64,000 nucleotides of DNA from Candidatus Nomurabacteria bacterium (GCA_020631905.1 JACKGQ010000001.1:37854-101853); one strand, 5' to 3'; numbered from the stretch's first letter, positions 46,309 to 56,931 are shown. Numbers and translations: made by a program. The notes: generated from the sequence alone by a model not told the origin.

Positions 46309-47020
46309 ACAACTCCTGTTCAAGCATCTCACCAGCCATGCCAACTAGGCCCATAACCTGGCGGTAGTTCTGACGAGTCGGGCCAACCGTCCCAATATAA
46401 CTATTGTCGCTAAACGGGCTACGGAATTTGCTAATAACTAGGGTGCAGCCACTGGCTTTGCCAATAGGATTTTCTCTTCCGATGAAGACACTTATTGGTT
46501 TGTTCGGAGCTGTCTCGCGTAACCATGGCTCAAGATTGTCGAGCAGGTAAGCAACCTCTTGTACGGCATTGCCACCACTAAATTCTGGCTGTCCAAATAG
46601 ATGGCTCAAGCCACTAATATATAGTTGACCACCAATTGTGCCGATAGCGGCGTTGTCGGTTAGCTGAACTAAGCTATCAACTGCTGAACGGATTGCTTGC
46701 TCTGGTTCGCCAGCGCTATGGATACGTACATCGAGCGCTCTGGCATTGGGCTCGATCTGTTTTACTGTCGGACTACCCTCTGACAAACTGTTGACATACC
46801 ACCTATAGCCCCTATCTGTCGGCACTCGCCCAGCACTTGTGTGTGGTTGCTTTATCATCCCCAAGACTTCGAGTTGCGCCATCTCGGCCCGAATTGTCGC
46901 GCTACTAACATTAAACAACTTAGCGAGCGTTACACTCCCAACTGGCCCTGCAAGTTCGGCATGTTCTTCGATAATTGCGGCCAATATCTTGGCTTGTCTC
47001 TCTGTCATAATTGCAAGCAT
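46301..47020 (-). CDS. hrcA: heat-inducible repressor HrcA (short, 239 aa)
   Basis: N-terminal winged helix (RQAKILAAIIEEH...VGSVTLAKLFNVSSATIRAEMAQLE..G), C-terminal GPTRQNYRQVMGLV. A CIRCE element lies upstream. Confidence 0.88.
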   Translation of the reverse strand: MLAIMTERQAKILAAIIEEHAELAGPVGSVTLAKLFNVSSATIRAEMAQLEVLGMIKQPHTSAGRVPTDRGYRWYVNSLSEGSPTVKQIEPNARALDVRIHSAGEPEQAIRSAVDSLVQLTDNAAIGTIGGQLYISGLSHLFGQPEFSGGNAVQEVAYLLDNLEPWLRETAPNKPISVFIGRENPIGKASGCTLVISKFRSPFSDNSYIGTVGPTRQNYRQVMGLVGMAGEMLEQELYV

Positions 47021-47030
47021 TATAACTTTT

Positions 47031-47057
47031 TAGCACTCAAAACTCAAGACTGCTAAA
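47031..47057. promoter_or_regulatory. CIRCE operator upstream of hrcA
   Basis: TTAGCACTC-N9-GACTGCTAA (1 mismatch). Confidence 0.75.
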
Positions 47058-47847
47058 TCGCTTCTAACGCGGCTTTGTGTTCCCTAGCTCTTTCGGCAGT
47101 CCACATAAGGCTTTCAATTGCTAATCTTCGAACTTGGTCTTCTTCGGAAGCAGAGAGCTCGCGCCTAATCCAAGCATCGACAGTTTCTGCCAAACTGCCG
47201 AGATCTTGGTTCATTACAAATAAAATATTTGGGTCATCAAAGTAAGCAGGTAGCCGCAACTCAACATCCTCTATCGCGACTGCGAATCTACCAATCATGT
47301 CTTGTACTTTATTTTCTGGCCACGCTTCGGGTCGTCCTTCTCTACCGTATATTCTAAGTGTCCACGCGTCCTGGAGACCATCAACCGTTAAGTAGTCAGG
47401 TGCTAAAACTATTGCCCGAGAATTTGGGTCGATTGACCGGATATTTATAAAACCTTTGGTATCTACGTCTTTGATTGGCATTTTGCCAGAGTTGACCGCT
47501 GCTTCTATAGGTAAGATATGGGTGGCATAAAATCTATCCATATTGGCGCCATTTGCATTCATCTCTATCAGTAATCCCTCGAGGAAAGCAGCCACCATTT
47601 CGTCTTCGGAAACAAAGATGTACGGATCACCTTGTGTCTCCCCAGACCTCATTTCTCGAGTTACCCATGATGGCACTTTTGCATATGTGCCCTTTTGAGC
47701 AAGCGCCTCCATTGCCGAAGTTTTACCAGTACACAGAATTTCGTTGGTGATAACAACCATACCAGCAACCCTAAACCTTTCGGTTGTCGGCTCGGAAGGA
47801 TATACTCTGCCAGATTTCTCAGCTAGTAAGGCTCTGGTTGTTTGCAT
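47053..47847 (-). CDS. guanylate-kinase-like protein with degenerate P-loop plus unknown C-terminal domain
   Basis: VTREMRSGETQGDPYIFVSEDEM resembles the GK motif TTRxxRxGExxGxxYxFVS. The P-loop position reads CTGKTS. Confidence 0.45.
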   Translation of the reverse strand: MQTTRALLAEKSGRVYPSEPTTERFRVAGMVVITNEILCTGKTSAMEALAQKGTYAKVPSWVTREMRSGETQGDPYIFVSEDEMVAAFLEGLLIEMNANGANMDRFYATHILPIEAAVNSGKMPIKDVDTKGFINIRSIDPNSRAIVLAPDYLTVDGLQDAWTLRIYGREGRPEAWPENKVQDMIGRFAVAIEDVELRLPAYFDDPNILFVMNQDLGSLAETVDAWIRRELSASEEDQVRRLAIESLMWTAERAREHKAALEAI

Positions 47848-47943
47848 ATCCTTACTATAACATAAGATTTACATTATTCTAAACATGTTTAAGTATTCTT
47901 AAACGAATGTGTTGATTTTGTTACACCTCATCAATATTTTTAC

Positions 47944-49410
47944 GTGAAGTTTGGTGGTATAATTCCACAAGTGAAGTGGCTCAATAAGCAACCTGATTAT
48001 GATTTAACATACAACGACGTCTTTCTGGTACCATCACTAACAGATGTTGCTAGTCGAACAGAGGTCGATCTGACTACTACTGATGGAATTGGCACGACTG
48101 TGCCAATTGTTGTTGCCAACATGAATGCTGTATCCGGTAAACGTATGGCCGAGAGCGTAGCTAGGCGCGGTGGAATCGCAGTTATTCCGCAAGATATGCC
48201 AAAGCAAAAACTCGAAAAAATTATTAACTACGTAAAATCTCGACATACGGTATATGAAACAGCTGTCGCTCTGAATAAAGACGAGCATCTAAACAAGGCG
48301 CTTGCTTTGATGCAGAAACGCTCACATGGCACCGTTGTGGTCGTCGATGAAGCCAATAAGCCAATCGGCATATTTACCGAAAAAGATGCCGCCGACTGGG
48401 ATCGTTTTGCCGACCTAGAACAGGCTATGTCGACAGATGTGATTACCGTTCAGGACAGCATGACTCAAACAGAAATGTTTGAAAAGCTCGAGACCGAGAG
48501 ACTCGAACTTGCGCCGGTTGTCGACAAAAGTGGAGTTTTACTTGGTATTGTCAGTAAGAAAGGTTTAGTACGCTCGAGTGTCTTTAAGCCAAACGTCGAC
48601 ACCAAAGGTAGGTTAAAGGTAGCTGCAGCGGTGGGTATTAATGGTGATGTTGCCGCCAAAGTACAGCAACTACTCGATCTTGAGGTTGATATTATTGTGC
48701 TCGATACTGCCCACGGCCACCAAACCAAAATGATCGAAGCAGTCAAAACAGCTCGCAAAGCTGCCCCGAAAGCGACTTTGGTTGCCGGCAACGTGGTGAC
48801 GGTTCAAGCTACCCGAGATTTAATTGCCGCTGGAGCCGATATCATTAAGGTAGGCGTTGGCCCCGGAGCAATGTGCACGACACGCATGATGACTGGTGTT
48901 GGCCGACCGCAGTTTAGCGCCGTCTACGAATGTGCTACCGAAGCGCGCAAGCTAGGTAAAAAAGTCTGGGCCGATGGCGGGGTAAAACATCCACGTGATG
49001 TCGCCTTGGCATTAGCCGCCGGTGCCGACAATGTGATGTTTGCATCCTGGTTAGCGGCCACCTACGAAAGTGCCGCCGATATGCAAATCGACGAGCAAGG
49101 TCGTTTATATAAAGAAAACTACGGCATGGCCTCAAAAAAAGCGGTCGCCTTGCGCAACCGTAACCAATCTGCCTTCGACAGATACAAAAAAGCATTCTTC
49201 GAAGAAGGTATTAGCGCGTCTAAGCTGTATATTGATCCACGCACGCCAAGTGTCGAGGATATTATAGACCAGATTTCGGCCGGAGTGCGTAGCTCGTGCA
49301 CCTACGCTGGCGCCCGCAATCTAACTGAGTTCTTCGACAAAGCGGTGGTTGGCGTACAGTCAGCAGCCGGATTTAGTGAAGGTATGGCTCACACCTCATC
49401 TTGGAGTTAA
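47944..49410 (+). CDS. guaB: IMPDH-family enzyme with CBS pair, GuaB1-like (possible GMP reductase)
   Basis: [12 protein letters not shown]...[28 protein letters not shown], catalytic loop [11 protein letters not shown]. From memory, the N-terminus resembles mycobacterial GuaB1. GTG start. Confidence 0.8.
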   Translation: MKFGGIIPQVKWLNKQPDYDLTYNDVFLVPSLTDVASRTEVDLTTTDGIGTTVPIVVANMNAVSGKRMAESVARRGGIAVIPQDMPKQKLEKIINYVKSRHTVYETAVALNKDEHLNKALALMQKRSHGTVVVVDEANKPIGIFTEKDAADWDRFADLEQAMSTDVITVQDSMTQTEMFEKLETERLELAPVVDKSGVLLGIVSKKGLVRSSVFKPNVDTKGRLKVAAAVGINGDVAAKVQQLLDLEVDIIVLDTAHGHQTKMIEAVKTARKAAPKATLVAGNVVTVQATRDLIAAGADIIKVGVGPGAMCTTRMMTGVGRPQFSAVYECATEARKLGKKVWADGGVKHPRDVALALAAGADNVMFASWLAATYESAADMQIDEQGRLYKENYGMASKKAVALRNRNQSAFDRYKKAFFEEGISASKLYIDPRTPSVEDIIDQISAGVRSSCTYAGARNLTEFFDKAVVGVQSAAGFSEGMAHTSSWS

Positions 49411-49895
49411 GCTTGGTGATCATTAACAACACAGAATATAGAGGTAAGAAAGTAACCTTCGAGTGGCACGATGCCGACTCTTTTAATGGCCTAGACCCAA
49501 CTATGGTTAGTCAAGTCTACGCGGTATGTTTACTGGACGGAAAGGTCGTTTTAGTCACCTACCCAGATGATAGATCTAATCTGCCCGGAGGTACGGTTGA
49601 GCCTGGAGAGAGCTACATTCAGACTTTGGAACGAGAAGTTCAAGAGGAAACGAATATGTTGCTACTTGATTTTAAGCCAATCGGCTACCAAGTAGTCAAA
49701 GAAGAGGATGGCAAAGAGCACATACAGCTCCGTTACGTGGCTTGGGTACAAAAGCTTGCCGATTTCGAACAAGACCCAGGTGGTCGCGTGACTGGTAATA
49801 AACAAGTTAATCTAGATGACTTAAATAAAGAAGTTAGATATGGTGAGATTGGCGAAAGAATTATTTTACGAGCTAAGGAGGTAATGAAAATATGA
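49401..49895 (+). CDS. NUDIX hydrolase
   Basis: Nudix box GGTVEPGESYIQTLEREVQEETN. Confidence 0.75.
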   Translation: MELSLVIINNTEYRGKKVTFEWHDADSFNGLDPTMVSQVYAVCLLDGKVVLVTYPDDRSNLPGGTVEPGESYIQTLEREVQEETNMLLLDFKPIGYQVVKEEDGKEHIQLRYVAWVQKLADFEQDPGGRVTGNKQVNLDDLNKEVRYGEIGERIILRAKEVMKI

Positions 49896-50344
49896 AAGCA
49901 CCGGATTTTAATCTGCCCGACCAGAACGGTCAGACTCATCAACTGAGCGATTATGCCGGTAAGTGGTTGGTGGTTTACTTCTACCCTAAAGACAGTACGC
50001 CGGGCTGTACAGTAGAGGCATGTGCCTTCCGCGACGGCCGAGACGAGTTACTGGCTCGTGGTGTAGAAGTTGTTGGAATTAGTAAAGACTCCGTGGCTAG
50101 CCATGCAAAGTTTGTAGACAAACACGAACTCAATTTTACACTTTTGTCGGATGAGTCCGCCACGACCATTCAGGCATATGGCGCTTGGGCCGAGAAAAGC
50201 ATGTTTGGCAAAAAGTATATGGGCATATTGCGCAACACCTATCTGATTAACCCAGAGGGTGAGGTAGTTAAGACTTACAAGAAAGTTAGCCCCAAAGATC
50301 ATTACCGGCAGATTCTAACTGATCTAGAACAATTGCAAGGCTAA
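49892..50344 (+). CDS. bcp: thiol peroxidase Bcp (peroxiredoxin)
   Basis: FYPKDSTPGCTVEAC peroxidatic-Cys motif. ATGA overlap with the preceding gene. Confidence 0.9.
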   Translation: MKAPDFNLPDQNGQTHQLSDYAGKWLVVYFYPKDSTPGCTVEACAFRDGRDELLARGVEVVGISKDSVASHAKFVDKHELNFTLLSDESATTIQAYGAWAEKSMFGKKYMGILRNTYLINPEGEVVKTYKKVSPKDHYRQILTDLEQLQG

Positions 50345-50495
50345 TCGCCAAACGGCCAATCAACTACAAAATCTTGATCTAATGCTACGCCTCCAGCGAC
50401 TGGAGCTACTTTTTGTTCGACTGCTGGGCGTTGCGCTGCAGCTTGTTCTCCTGGTGTAGTTTGTTGTTCGCACATATCTTTGCGTCTCCTTATGA

Positions 50496-50518
50496 ACTTA
50501 AAATCTCCCTTTCGGGAG
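50496..50518 (-). terminator. candidate terminator/attenuator hairpin (CTCCC-GAAA-GGGAG + AUUUUAAGUU)
   Basis: Read on the minus strand, downstream of the 91-aa gene. Preceded by a 14-bp bulged hairpin (50523..50567). Confidence 0.4.
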
Positions 50519-50654
50519 TTATGCTCTTTTGGTTGATATTTGCCCGAAACTAGATATCAACAAGAGCACTAGCGTTAATCACGAGTGCAATCTTATTGGT
50601 ATAGAGCTTCGAACCCATGCGCATAGGTTAGCGCTTAGGATGGACTTTTGCAAA

Positions 50655-50930
50655 TTAAAGTTTCGTATAAACAGTGCCGGTTACGACCAAAACCACTAGT
50701 CCAGTGCTTAGCAGTATCCAAGGATTATCTACTAATACTTCTGATCTATCGATCAGTTTTTCAAAACCATAGTATGTAGACACTAAGCCAAAAGCCGCAG
50801 CTCCAGCAAATACCAACGGATAACGCCTCGCCAAGTGATCGCGCCCGGCAGATAAACGCTTAACGAAAAGCTTCTCGGCATCGGTCAACTTAACTTCATC
50901 TTGTCGGACTCTTTCAGCTATTTTTCCCAT
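50655..50930 (-). CDS. hypothetical membrane protein (91 aa)
   Basis: Two TM helices (LVFAGAAAFGLVSTYYGF, ILLSTGLVVLVVTGTVY). Confidence 0.5.
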   Translation of the reverse strand: MGKIAERVRQDEVKLTDAEKLFVKRLSAGRDHLARRYPLVFAGAAAFGLVSTYYGFEKLIDRSEVLVDNPWILLSTGLVVLVVTGTVYTKL

Positions 50931-50965
50931 ATGTCTATTATAGCTCAGCTAAGTCCATTGAGATA

Positions 50966-52780
50966 CTATTCATTGCGCTGCAGGAGTACCGTAAAGGCTT
51001 CGCTAGGGATATCAACTTTGCCGAAACGCTTCATACGCTCCTTGCCTTTTTTCTGTTTTTCGAGCAGCTTCTTGCGCCGACTTACATCACCGCCATAAAG
51101 CTTGGCCGTTACATCTTTTCGAAAACCACTTAAATCTTCGCGAGCAATAAATTTTCCACCGATACCTGCCTGCAAAGCAACCTTAAACTGTTGCCGAGGG
51201 ATAATGTCTTTTAGTTTTGCGACAATATCTCTGCCTATCGTTACTGCTTCGGAGCGATGACGAACAATACTCAGCGCCTCGACGATATCGCCAGCTACAT
51301 AAAAATCTACACGTACTAAGTCTTCGGCTCGATAACCAGACAACTCATAGTTAAAGCTGCCATAGCCGCTTGTTTGACTCTTAAGCTTATCGTAAAAATC
51401 GGTCAATAGGTTGGCTAGAGGAGCTTCGAAGTTGACCACGGCTAGTTTTGTATCTAGGTAGTCTATATTCTTTTGAATACCTCGAGCACTGGCAACAAGC
51501 TGAATTACTGCCCCAACATACTCACTCGGACACACAACCTCACCATTAACCCACGGTTCGCGTATCTCGGCAATTGACTGAGCGTCTGGTAAGGCGCTAG
51601 CCGAACGAATGTCTAGTTCTTCGCCACTAGTTAATAACACATGGTAATCAGTGCTTGGGTTGCTAGTGATTAACTCTAGGTCGTATTCTCGCTCGAGCCG
51701 TTCTTTAACAATATCCATATGTAATAAGCCCAAAAAACCTACCCTAAAACCATGGCCTAGAACTGGTGAGTTTTCTGGTTCGTAAACCAAAGCCGAATCA
51801 CTTAAAGTTAGTTTTTCGATAGCGTCTTTTAGCTGAGCATATTGATCGTTGCTACTCGGAAATATCCCCGCAAATACAAATGGAGTCACCTCTTTATAGC
51901 CAGGCAGGGCTTGTGAGGCTGGTTTCTTTCTAAGAGTGACCGTATCACCAACCTTGGCCTGAGCAGTAGTTTTTAGATTGGTTACCACATAGCCAATCTC
52001 GCCAGTGTCTAGTTTTGGATCTGCCACAAGATTCGGCGACAAGTGGCCAACTTCGAGTGCCAAACCGTCGGCAGCGGTGGCTAACATTTTGATTTCTGAT
52101 CCTTTGGGTAACGAGCCTTCGAATACCCTTAGATATAGAATAACTCCCCGATAATCGTCATAATAACTATCAAATATTAAAGCTCTGGTTTCGTCTGATT
52201 GTTTGGTGTCGGGAGCAGGCACACGTTCTACAATTGCCTGAAGCACGCTATCCACACCCTCACCAGTTTTGGCAGAAACCTTGAGTATGTCTTCGTCTTT
52301 ACAGCCAAGCAGGGTTTTGACTTCTGCGCTAACTCGCTGCACGTCGGCAGCTGGTAAATCTATCTTGTTCAGAACAGGAATAATCTCCAGGTTAGCCTCT
52401 ATTGCCAAATAGACATTGGCTAAAGTTTGGGCCTGAATACCCTGAGAAGCATCCACAATTAATAGTGCACCTTCACAGGCTTGTAAACTACGTGAAACTT
52501 CGTAGCTAAAATCGACGTGCCCCGGAGTATCTATCAAGTTGAGTTGATACTCAACTTGAGATCTTGGATCTTGGATCTTGGGTATTGGAGTGTAGCGCAT
52601 ACGGACGGGAGCCAGCTTAATGGTAATCCCCTTTTCACGTTCCAAATCCATCTTATCGAGGAGCTGTTGTTTCATGGCTCGTTTTTCGACCGTGCCAGTC
52701 ATCTCCAGCAGACGGTCAGCCAAAGTCGACTTGCCGTGATCTATGTGTGCAATAATGCAAAAATTCCTAATCTGGTTCAC
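50966..52780 (-). CDS. lepA: translation elongation factor 4 (LepA)
   Basis: IRNFCIIAHIDHGKSTLADRLL, DTPGHVDF, NKIDL and the LepA C-terminal domain. Start set at GTG 52780 (VNQIRNF); the upstream extension is not conserved-looking. Confidence 0.93.
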   Translation of the reverse strand: MNQIRNFCIIAHIDHGKSTLADRLLEMTGTVEKRAMKQQLLDKMDLEREKGITIKLAPVRMRYTPIPKIQDPRSQVEYQLNLIDTPGHVDFSYEVSRSLQACEGALLIVDASQGIQAQTLANVYLAIEANLEIIPVLNKIDLPAADVQRVSAEVKTLLGCKDEDILKVSAKTGEGVDSVLQAIVERVPAPDTKQSDETRALIFDSYYDDYRGVILYLRVFEGSLPKGSEIKMLATAADGLALEVGHLSPNLVADPKLDTGEIGYVVTNLKTTAQAKVGDTVTLRKKPASQALPGYKEVTPFVFAGIFPSSNDQYAQLKDAIEKLTLSDSALVYEPENSPVLGHGFRVGFLGLLHMDIVKERLEREYDLELITSNPSTDYHVLLTSGEELDIRSASALPDAQSIAEIREPWVNGEVVCPSEYVGAVIQLVASARGIQKNIDYLDTKLAVVNFEAPLANLLTDFYDKLKSQTSGYGSFNYELSGYRAEDLVRVDFYVAGDIVEALSIVRHRSEAVTIGRDIVAKLKDIIPRQQFKVALQAGIGGKFIAREDLSGFRKDVTAKLYGGDVSRRKKLLEKQKKGKERMKRFGKVDIPSEAFTVLLQRNE

Positions 52781-53018
52781 GAGACCCCCAATCCAAAATA
52801 CGAACAAGTAGTATTTTGTAGATTGTGTGATGCAATCTTTGCAAGTTTTGACTGTGATACGCACTCAACGTATTTTCTATACGTCTCGTTTGCGTTTCTC
52901 GCCAAGGACTCACAAATATTTTCATCTCGCGTGACCCAGAAAGCCTGCATTAGATGTTTGCATGAAATATTCATCCGCAATACTCTAGCAGATATTAAAC
53001 TGTTTTAACAGGGGTAGA

Positions 53019-54596
53019 TTACTGGATCTTGATTTGTCGCATCACAACTTTGCGAATTTTGTTGATAACCGGTTTAACCTCATCGACTCCAAATAGCCAA
53101 GACACCAAAACGTGTACAACAATTGTTAGTATGCCGATTAACGCAACCTTCACCATCAGGGTTAAGCCCCTATCGCCAACATTTAGCGGTAGCAATATCG
53201 AGAATAAATATGAACCAATGGTCACAAACGCCGATACTGACAAGATATTTGTCAGACTTTTCAAGAATTCCTTACTAAACAAGTGCCTATCACGTAAGGA
53301 CATAATCGCCAGCAGAATCACAACCTCAATCGCTGACACGGTTGAGGCTGCTACCGCAAGACCACTAACCCCGTACGATGTTTTCTGAGAAAGATACCAA
53401 GCCAAATACACGTTAAGCACAATTATTAATATCGACACCAGAAGTGGCGTCACAGTATCTTTTTGGGCATAATAAAATCTCGAAATAATTGAGTACAGAG
53501 TTCTAAAGAACATCCCAACTACTAGAAAGCCGAAAATAATTGCTATTTCACGGTTATCGCGAGCAAATATTATTCTTGCCAAGTAATCTCTTGTGAAATA
53601 ACTGGTTGCCACAACAGGTACGGATATCCAGATCATCATTCGCAAGACATTTAAGAATTCTTTCTTGAATAAATCTGGTCTACCTTGCGAAATCCTTTCT
53701 GTAAAACGCGGAAAAGCAGCCGTGCTTATCGCTAACCCAATTAACGAAACTGGGGCATTATGCAATATATAGGCATTCTCAAAGTTAGCTGTAGCACTAG
53801 ACGAAATATTATTGGCAAATCTGTTTTGCGCCAAACTATTGATACTTGAAATTCCCTGATCAATCGAACGCGGTGGCAGAGCCTTCATAACACTCCTAAA
53901 CGCCTTGTTCTTAAAATTCATTCGAAGGTGATGGCGGAAGTTTAATCCCGACATACCTGCAAAGACGACAATTAAATATAAAGCACCCCCAATTGCTGCG
54001 CCTAGACCCAAACCTACAACTCCCATCGAATCTCTGAATAAATATAGGCTTATAATGATCGAGGTGTTGTAGACAATCGGCGCAAACGCCGTAAAGAAAA
54101 ATCTACCAATAGCCTGCTGGACGCTAGACAAAACAGAACTGATAGAAAACAGGAGTGGATTAACTGCTACAAGCCGCATGATGGCGGCAGTTAGATCGAG
54201 TTTCTCGGCACTCATCCCACCGGCAATAGTGTGTTGCAATATAAAATGCGGAAAGATAATTAGCAGCAAACTAAAGAAAAACATCACGATTGCCACCAAG
54301 TTAAGAACGTAGGATGTTAGAACCCACGACTCTTGACGTCCATTTTTATTCAACTTATCTGAAAGTACCGGCAAGAAAGCTACGCTCAAACCTCCCGACG
54401 CCAGCATCAAAAAAATCATGTCTGGAATCTTGAAGGCAGTAAAGTAAGCGCTGGTACTAAAGTTATTAAAGTTAGCATTAATCAGTTTGGTGCGGAGTAT
54501 TCCTAAAATAGTACCCGTCAAAGAAGATCCGGCTAGCAGTAAAGCAGCCGAGCCAAACGAGAGTCGCATATTGGCGCGTCGAAGAATCCGATTCAC
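53019..54596 (-). CDS. murJ: lipid II flippase MurJ (MviN)
   Basis: 14-TM MOP-superfamily pattern with an MviN-like N-terminus (LLAGSSLTGTILGILRTKLI, FTAFKIPDMIF). Confidence 0.85.
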   Translation of the reverse strand: MNRILRRANMRLSFGSAALLLAGSSLTGTILGILRTKLINANFNNFSTSAYFTAFKIPDMIFLMLASGGLSVAFLPVLSDKLNKNGRQESWVLTSYVLNLVAIVMFFFSLLLIIFPHFILQHTIAGGMSAEKLDLTAAIMRLVAVNPLLFSISSVLSSVQQAIGRFFFTAFAPIVYNTSIIISLYLFRDSMGVVGLGLGAAIGGALYLIVVFAGMSGLNFRHHLRMNFKNKAFRSVMKALPPRSIDQGISSINSLAQNRFANNISSSATANFENAYILHNAPVSLIGLAISTAAFPRFTERISQGRPDLFKKEFLNVLRMMIWISVPVVATSYFTRDYLARIIFARDNREIAIIFGFLVVGMFFRTLYSIISRFYYAQKDTVTPLLVSILIIVLNVYLAWYLSQKTSYGVSGLAVAASTVSAIEVVILLAIMSLRDRHLFSKEFLKSLTNILSVSAFVTIGSYLFSILLPLNVGDRGLTLMVKVALIGILTIVVHVLVSWLFGVDEVKPVINKIRKVVMRQIKIQ

Positions 54597-54629
54597 ACCA
54601 TTAGTATACTAGGGTTAAGGGGCGGTGAG

Positions 54630-55055
54630 CTAGTTTTTTATTTGTTTCACAATACTGGCAGTTTGTTGAGGCAGCCTGTCTTGCCTAAACCACTGTGCTG
54701 CAACTAGCTCATGCCCAAGGGTTAGGTCTGGCTTACTACTGAATACTGCCAAATATATTTTGATGTGATCTTTCTTAAATTCTTTTACAGACACTCCTGA
54801 ATCGATTAGTCTGAGTTTGGAGAGTCGAATGCCCAGCTCTTCGAATATCTCGCGCTTACTAGCACTTTCTGGCGTTTCGCGTTTCGGCCTGTAAGCACCT
54901 CCAGGCAAATTCCAGCTACGATCGTAACTATGTTTGACGAGGAGTATTTCACTCTTATACCGAACCATAACTTTCACACCAAAAGTAGTTGGCCTAACTA
55001 CACGCCAGTATATCTGCCTCACTTTGTGTGCGAGTAGCAGAATTAATTTGGTCAC
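54630..55055 (-). CDS. NUDIX hydrolase
   Basis: Nudix box PGGAYRPKRETPESASKREIFEELG. Confidence 0.7.
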   Translation of the reverse strand: MTKLILLLAHKVRQIYWRVVRPTTFGVKVMVRYKSEILLVKHSYDRSWNLPGGAYRPKRETPESASKREIFEELGIRLSKLRLIDSGVSVKEFKKDHIKIYLAVFSSKPDLTLGHELVAAQWFRQDRLPQQTASIVKQIKN

Positions 55056-55058
55056 GCC

Positions 55059-56912
55059 TTAATCTAACTTGGCGCTAGCCGGGAGTTTGGCATTTTTAAA
55101 GATCTCAACCACCTCGTCGGCTTCTACTGTCTCTTTCTTGATTAGGGTTTCTTTAAGAGCTTCTAGATATTTGAGATTGGCAGCAATCACCGCCTCGGCT
55201 CGTTTGGCTGCCTCTGAAACTAGTTGAGCAACCTCTTTGTCGATTCGTTGGGCAGTTTCTTCGCTATATGGTCGGTCATGGACCATGCGATCGAACATCA
55301 TACCTTCGTCACTATGAAAGACCATGTCGCGCAAGTCTTTACTACCCATACCTTGCTTGATAACCATATCACGTGCGTAATCGACGGCTTTTTGCAGATC
55401 TGAACCTGCACCCGTAGTTACGTCTTCTGGACCATAAATAATCTTTTCGGCAATACGTCCGCCCAAAATTCGAGCCAGAACGTCTTTGTACCACTTAATG
55501 CTGTGGTAGTGTTGATCCTCTGGTGGAATAAACCAAGTTACGCCGCCCGTGTGACCGCGGCTAACAATCGTCACCTTATGAACCATGTCGCTTTCAGGCA
55601 TTAGATGGCCAACAAGTGCATGGCCAGCTTCGTGGTAGGCGGTCAATTCTTTCTCTTTGTCTGTCATGATGTTGTTTTTGCGAGCAGGGCCAATAGCGAC
55701 TTTTTCGAAGGCTTCGACCAAATCTTGGTTGGCAATCGTCTTGCTATTGCGCCGAGCAGCTTTAATGGCAGACTCGTTGGCTATATTGGCCAGATCTGCA
55801 CCAGAGCTACCAGCGGTTTTTGCGGCCATCGCCGACAGATCAACATTCTTTTCGACTGGCTTGTTTTTGAAATGTACTTTTAGGATTTCTTCGCGGTCGC
55901 GGCGATCAGGCAGCTCGACGTTTACACGGCGATCGAACCGACCCGGACGCAAGAGGGCAGGATCGAGCACGTCGGCACGGTTAGTTGCTGCTAGCAAAAT
56001 TACATTTTGGCCCTGTTCAAATCCATCCATCTCGACCAAGATTTGGTTAAGGGTCTGCTCACGCTCGTCATGACCACCACCCATACCGCTACCACGCTTA
56101 CGGCCAACGGCATCGATTTCGTCGATAAAGATAATGCATGGAGCATTCTTTTTGGCACGGTTAAATAAATCACGCACACGGCTAGCACCTACACCTACAA
56201 ACATTTCCACGAATTCTGAACCACTAATCGAGAAGAAGGGCACTTTGGCTTCGCCAGCAACAGCCCGAGCAATCATAGTTTTACCGGTACCTGGTGGGCC
56301 AACCAATAAGACGCCCTTAGGTATTTTAGCGCCGACGTTTTTAAACTTTTCTGGGTGACGCAAAAAATCAACAACTTCAGCTAAGTCTTCTTTGGCATTT
56401 TCGTTACCAGCAATATCGCTGAAAGTCACTTTATCTTTTTCGTTGCCATAAAGTCGGGCCTTGCTCTTACCAAAACTCATCGCTTGGCTGCCCTGGCCTT
56501 GGGCAGAACGGAACATAATTACTAGTACCAGTAAGATGCCAATTGGCAGTACCAGGCCAGACAAAACACTTATCCAGAGACCGCCAGAATCGCTTTGCTC
56601 TTGAAAATCTAACTCTACATCTTTATTGACTAAACCTTGATCGGCAAAACTAACATTTACATCACGGATTGCATATTCCGAAGGTTCGGTATCACCCTTC
56701 TTAACTACCTCGACTTTTTCACCTTCGACAATCAGTTTACTGACTTCACCGTTGTTGGCTTGTTCGATAACACGAGTGATCGTAACTTTTTCGAGAGCAC
56801 TTGTCTGACTATAAGCTGCATAGAAAGCTAGGCCTATCAGGGCTAAAATGGTAATAAAAATTAGGGATTTAAGCCGACTCTGGTTGGTCGGTTTATTGTT
56901 CTTTGGCTTCAT
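55059..56912 (-). CDS. ftsH: ATP-dependent zinc metalloprotease FtsH
   Basis: Two N-terminal TM helices, AAA+ [18 protein letters not shown] zinc site. Confidence 0.97.
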   Translation of the reverse strand: MKPKNNKPTNQSRLKSLIFITILALIGLAFYAAYSQTSALEKVTITRVIEQANNGEVSKLIVEGEKVEVVKKGDTEPSEYAIRDVNVSFADQGLVNKDVELDFQEQSDSGGLWISVLSGLVLPIGILLVLVIMFRSAQGQGSQAMSFGKSKARLYGNEKDKVTFSDIAGNENAKEDLAEVVDFLRHPEKFKNVGAKIPKGVLLVGPPGTGKTMIARAVAGEAKVPFFSISGSEFVEMFVGVGASRVRDLFNRAKKNAPCIIFIDEIDAVGRKRGSGMGGGHDEREQTLNQILVEMDGFEQGQNVILLAATNRADVLDPALLRPGRFDRRVNVELPDRRDREEILKVHFKNKPVEKNVDLSAMAAKTAGSSGADLANIANESAIKAARRNSKTIANQDLVEAFEKVAIGPARKNNIMTDKEKELTAYHEAGHALVGHLMPESDMVHKVTIVSRGHTGGVTWFIPPEDQHYHSIKWYKDVLARILGGRIAEKIIYGPEDVTTGAGSDLQKAVDYARDMVIKQGMGSKDLRDMVFHSDEGMMFDRMVHDRPYSEETAQRIDKEVAQLVSEAAKRAEAVIAANLKYLEALKETLIKKETVEADEVVEIFKNAKLPASAKLD

Positions 56913-56931
56913 AAAGCTCTATTCTACTTGT

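Noticed and set aside
46066-46344. Idea that the 92-aa ORF is a split-off C-terminal fragment of HrcA
   Set aside because: The 239-aa HrcA already ends with the family's usual C-terminal segment (GPTRQNYRQVMGLV...). The missing part is therefore internal, and the small ORF shows no HrcA-like sequence.
47848-47943. Purine riboswitch upstream of the GuaB1-like gene
   Set aside because: The 96-nt AT-rich spacer lacks the conserved purine-riboswitch core and the three-way-junction pairing.
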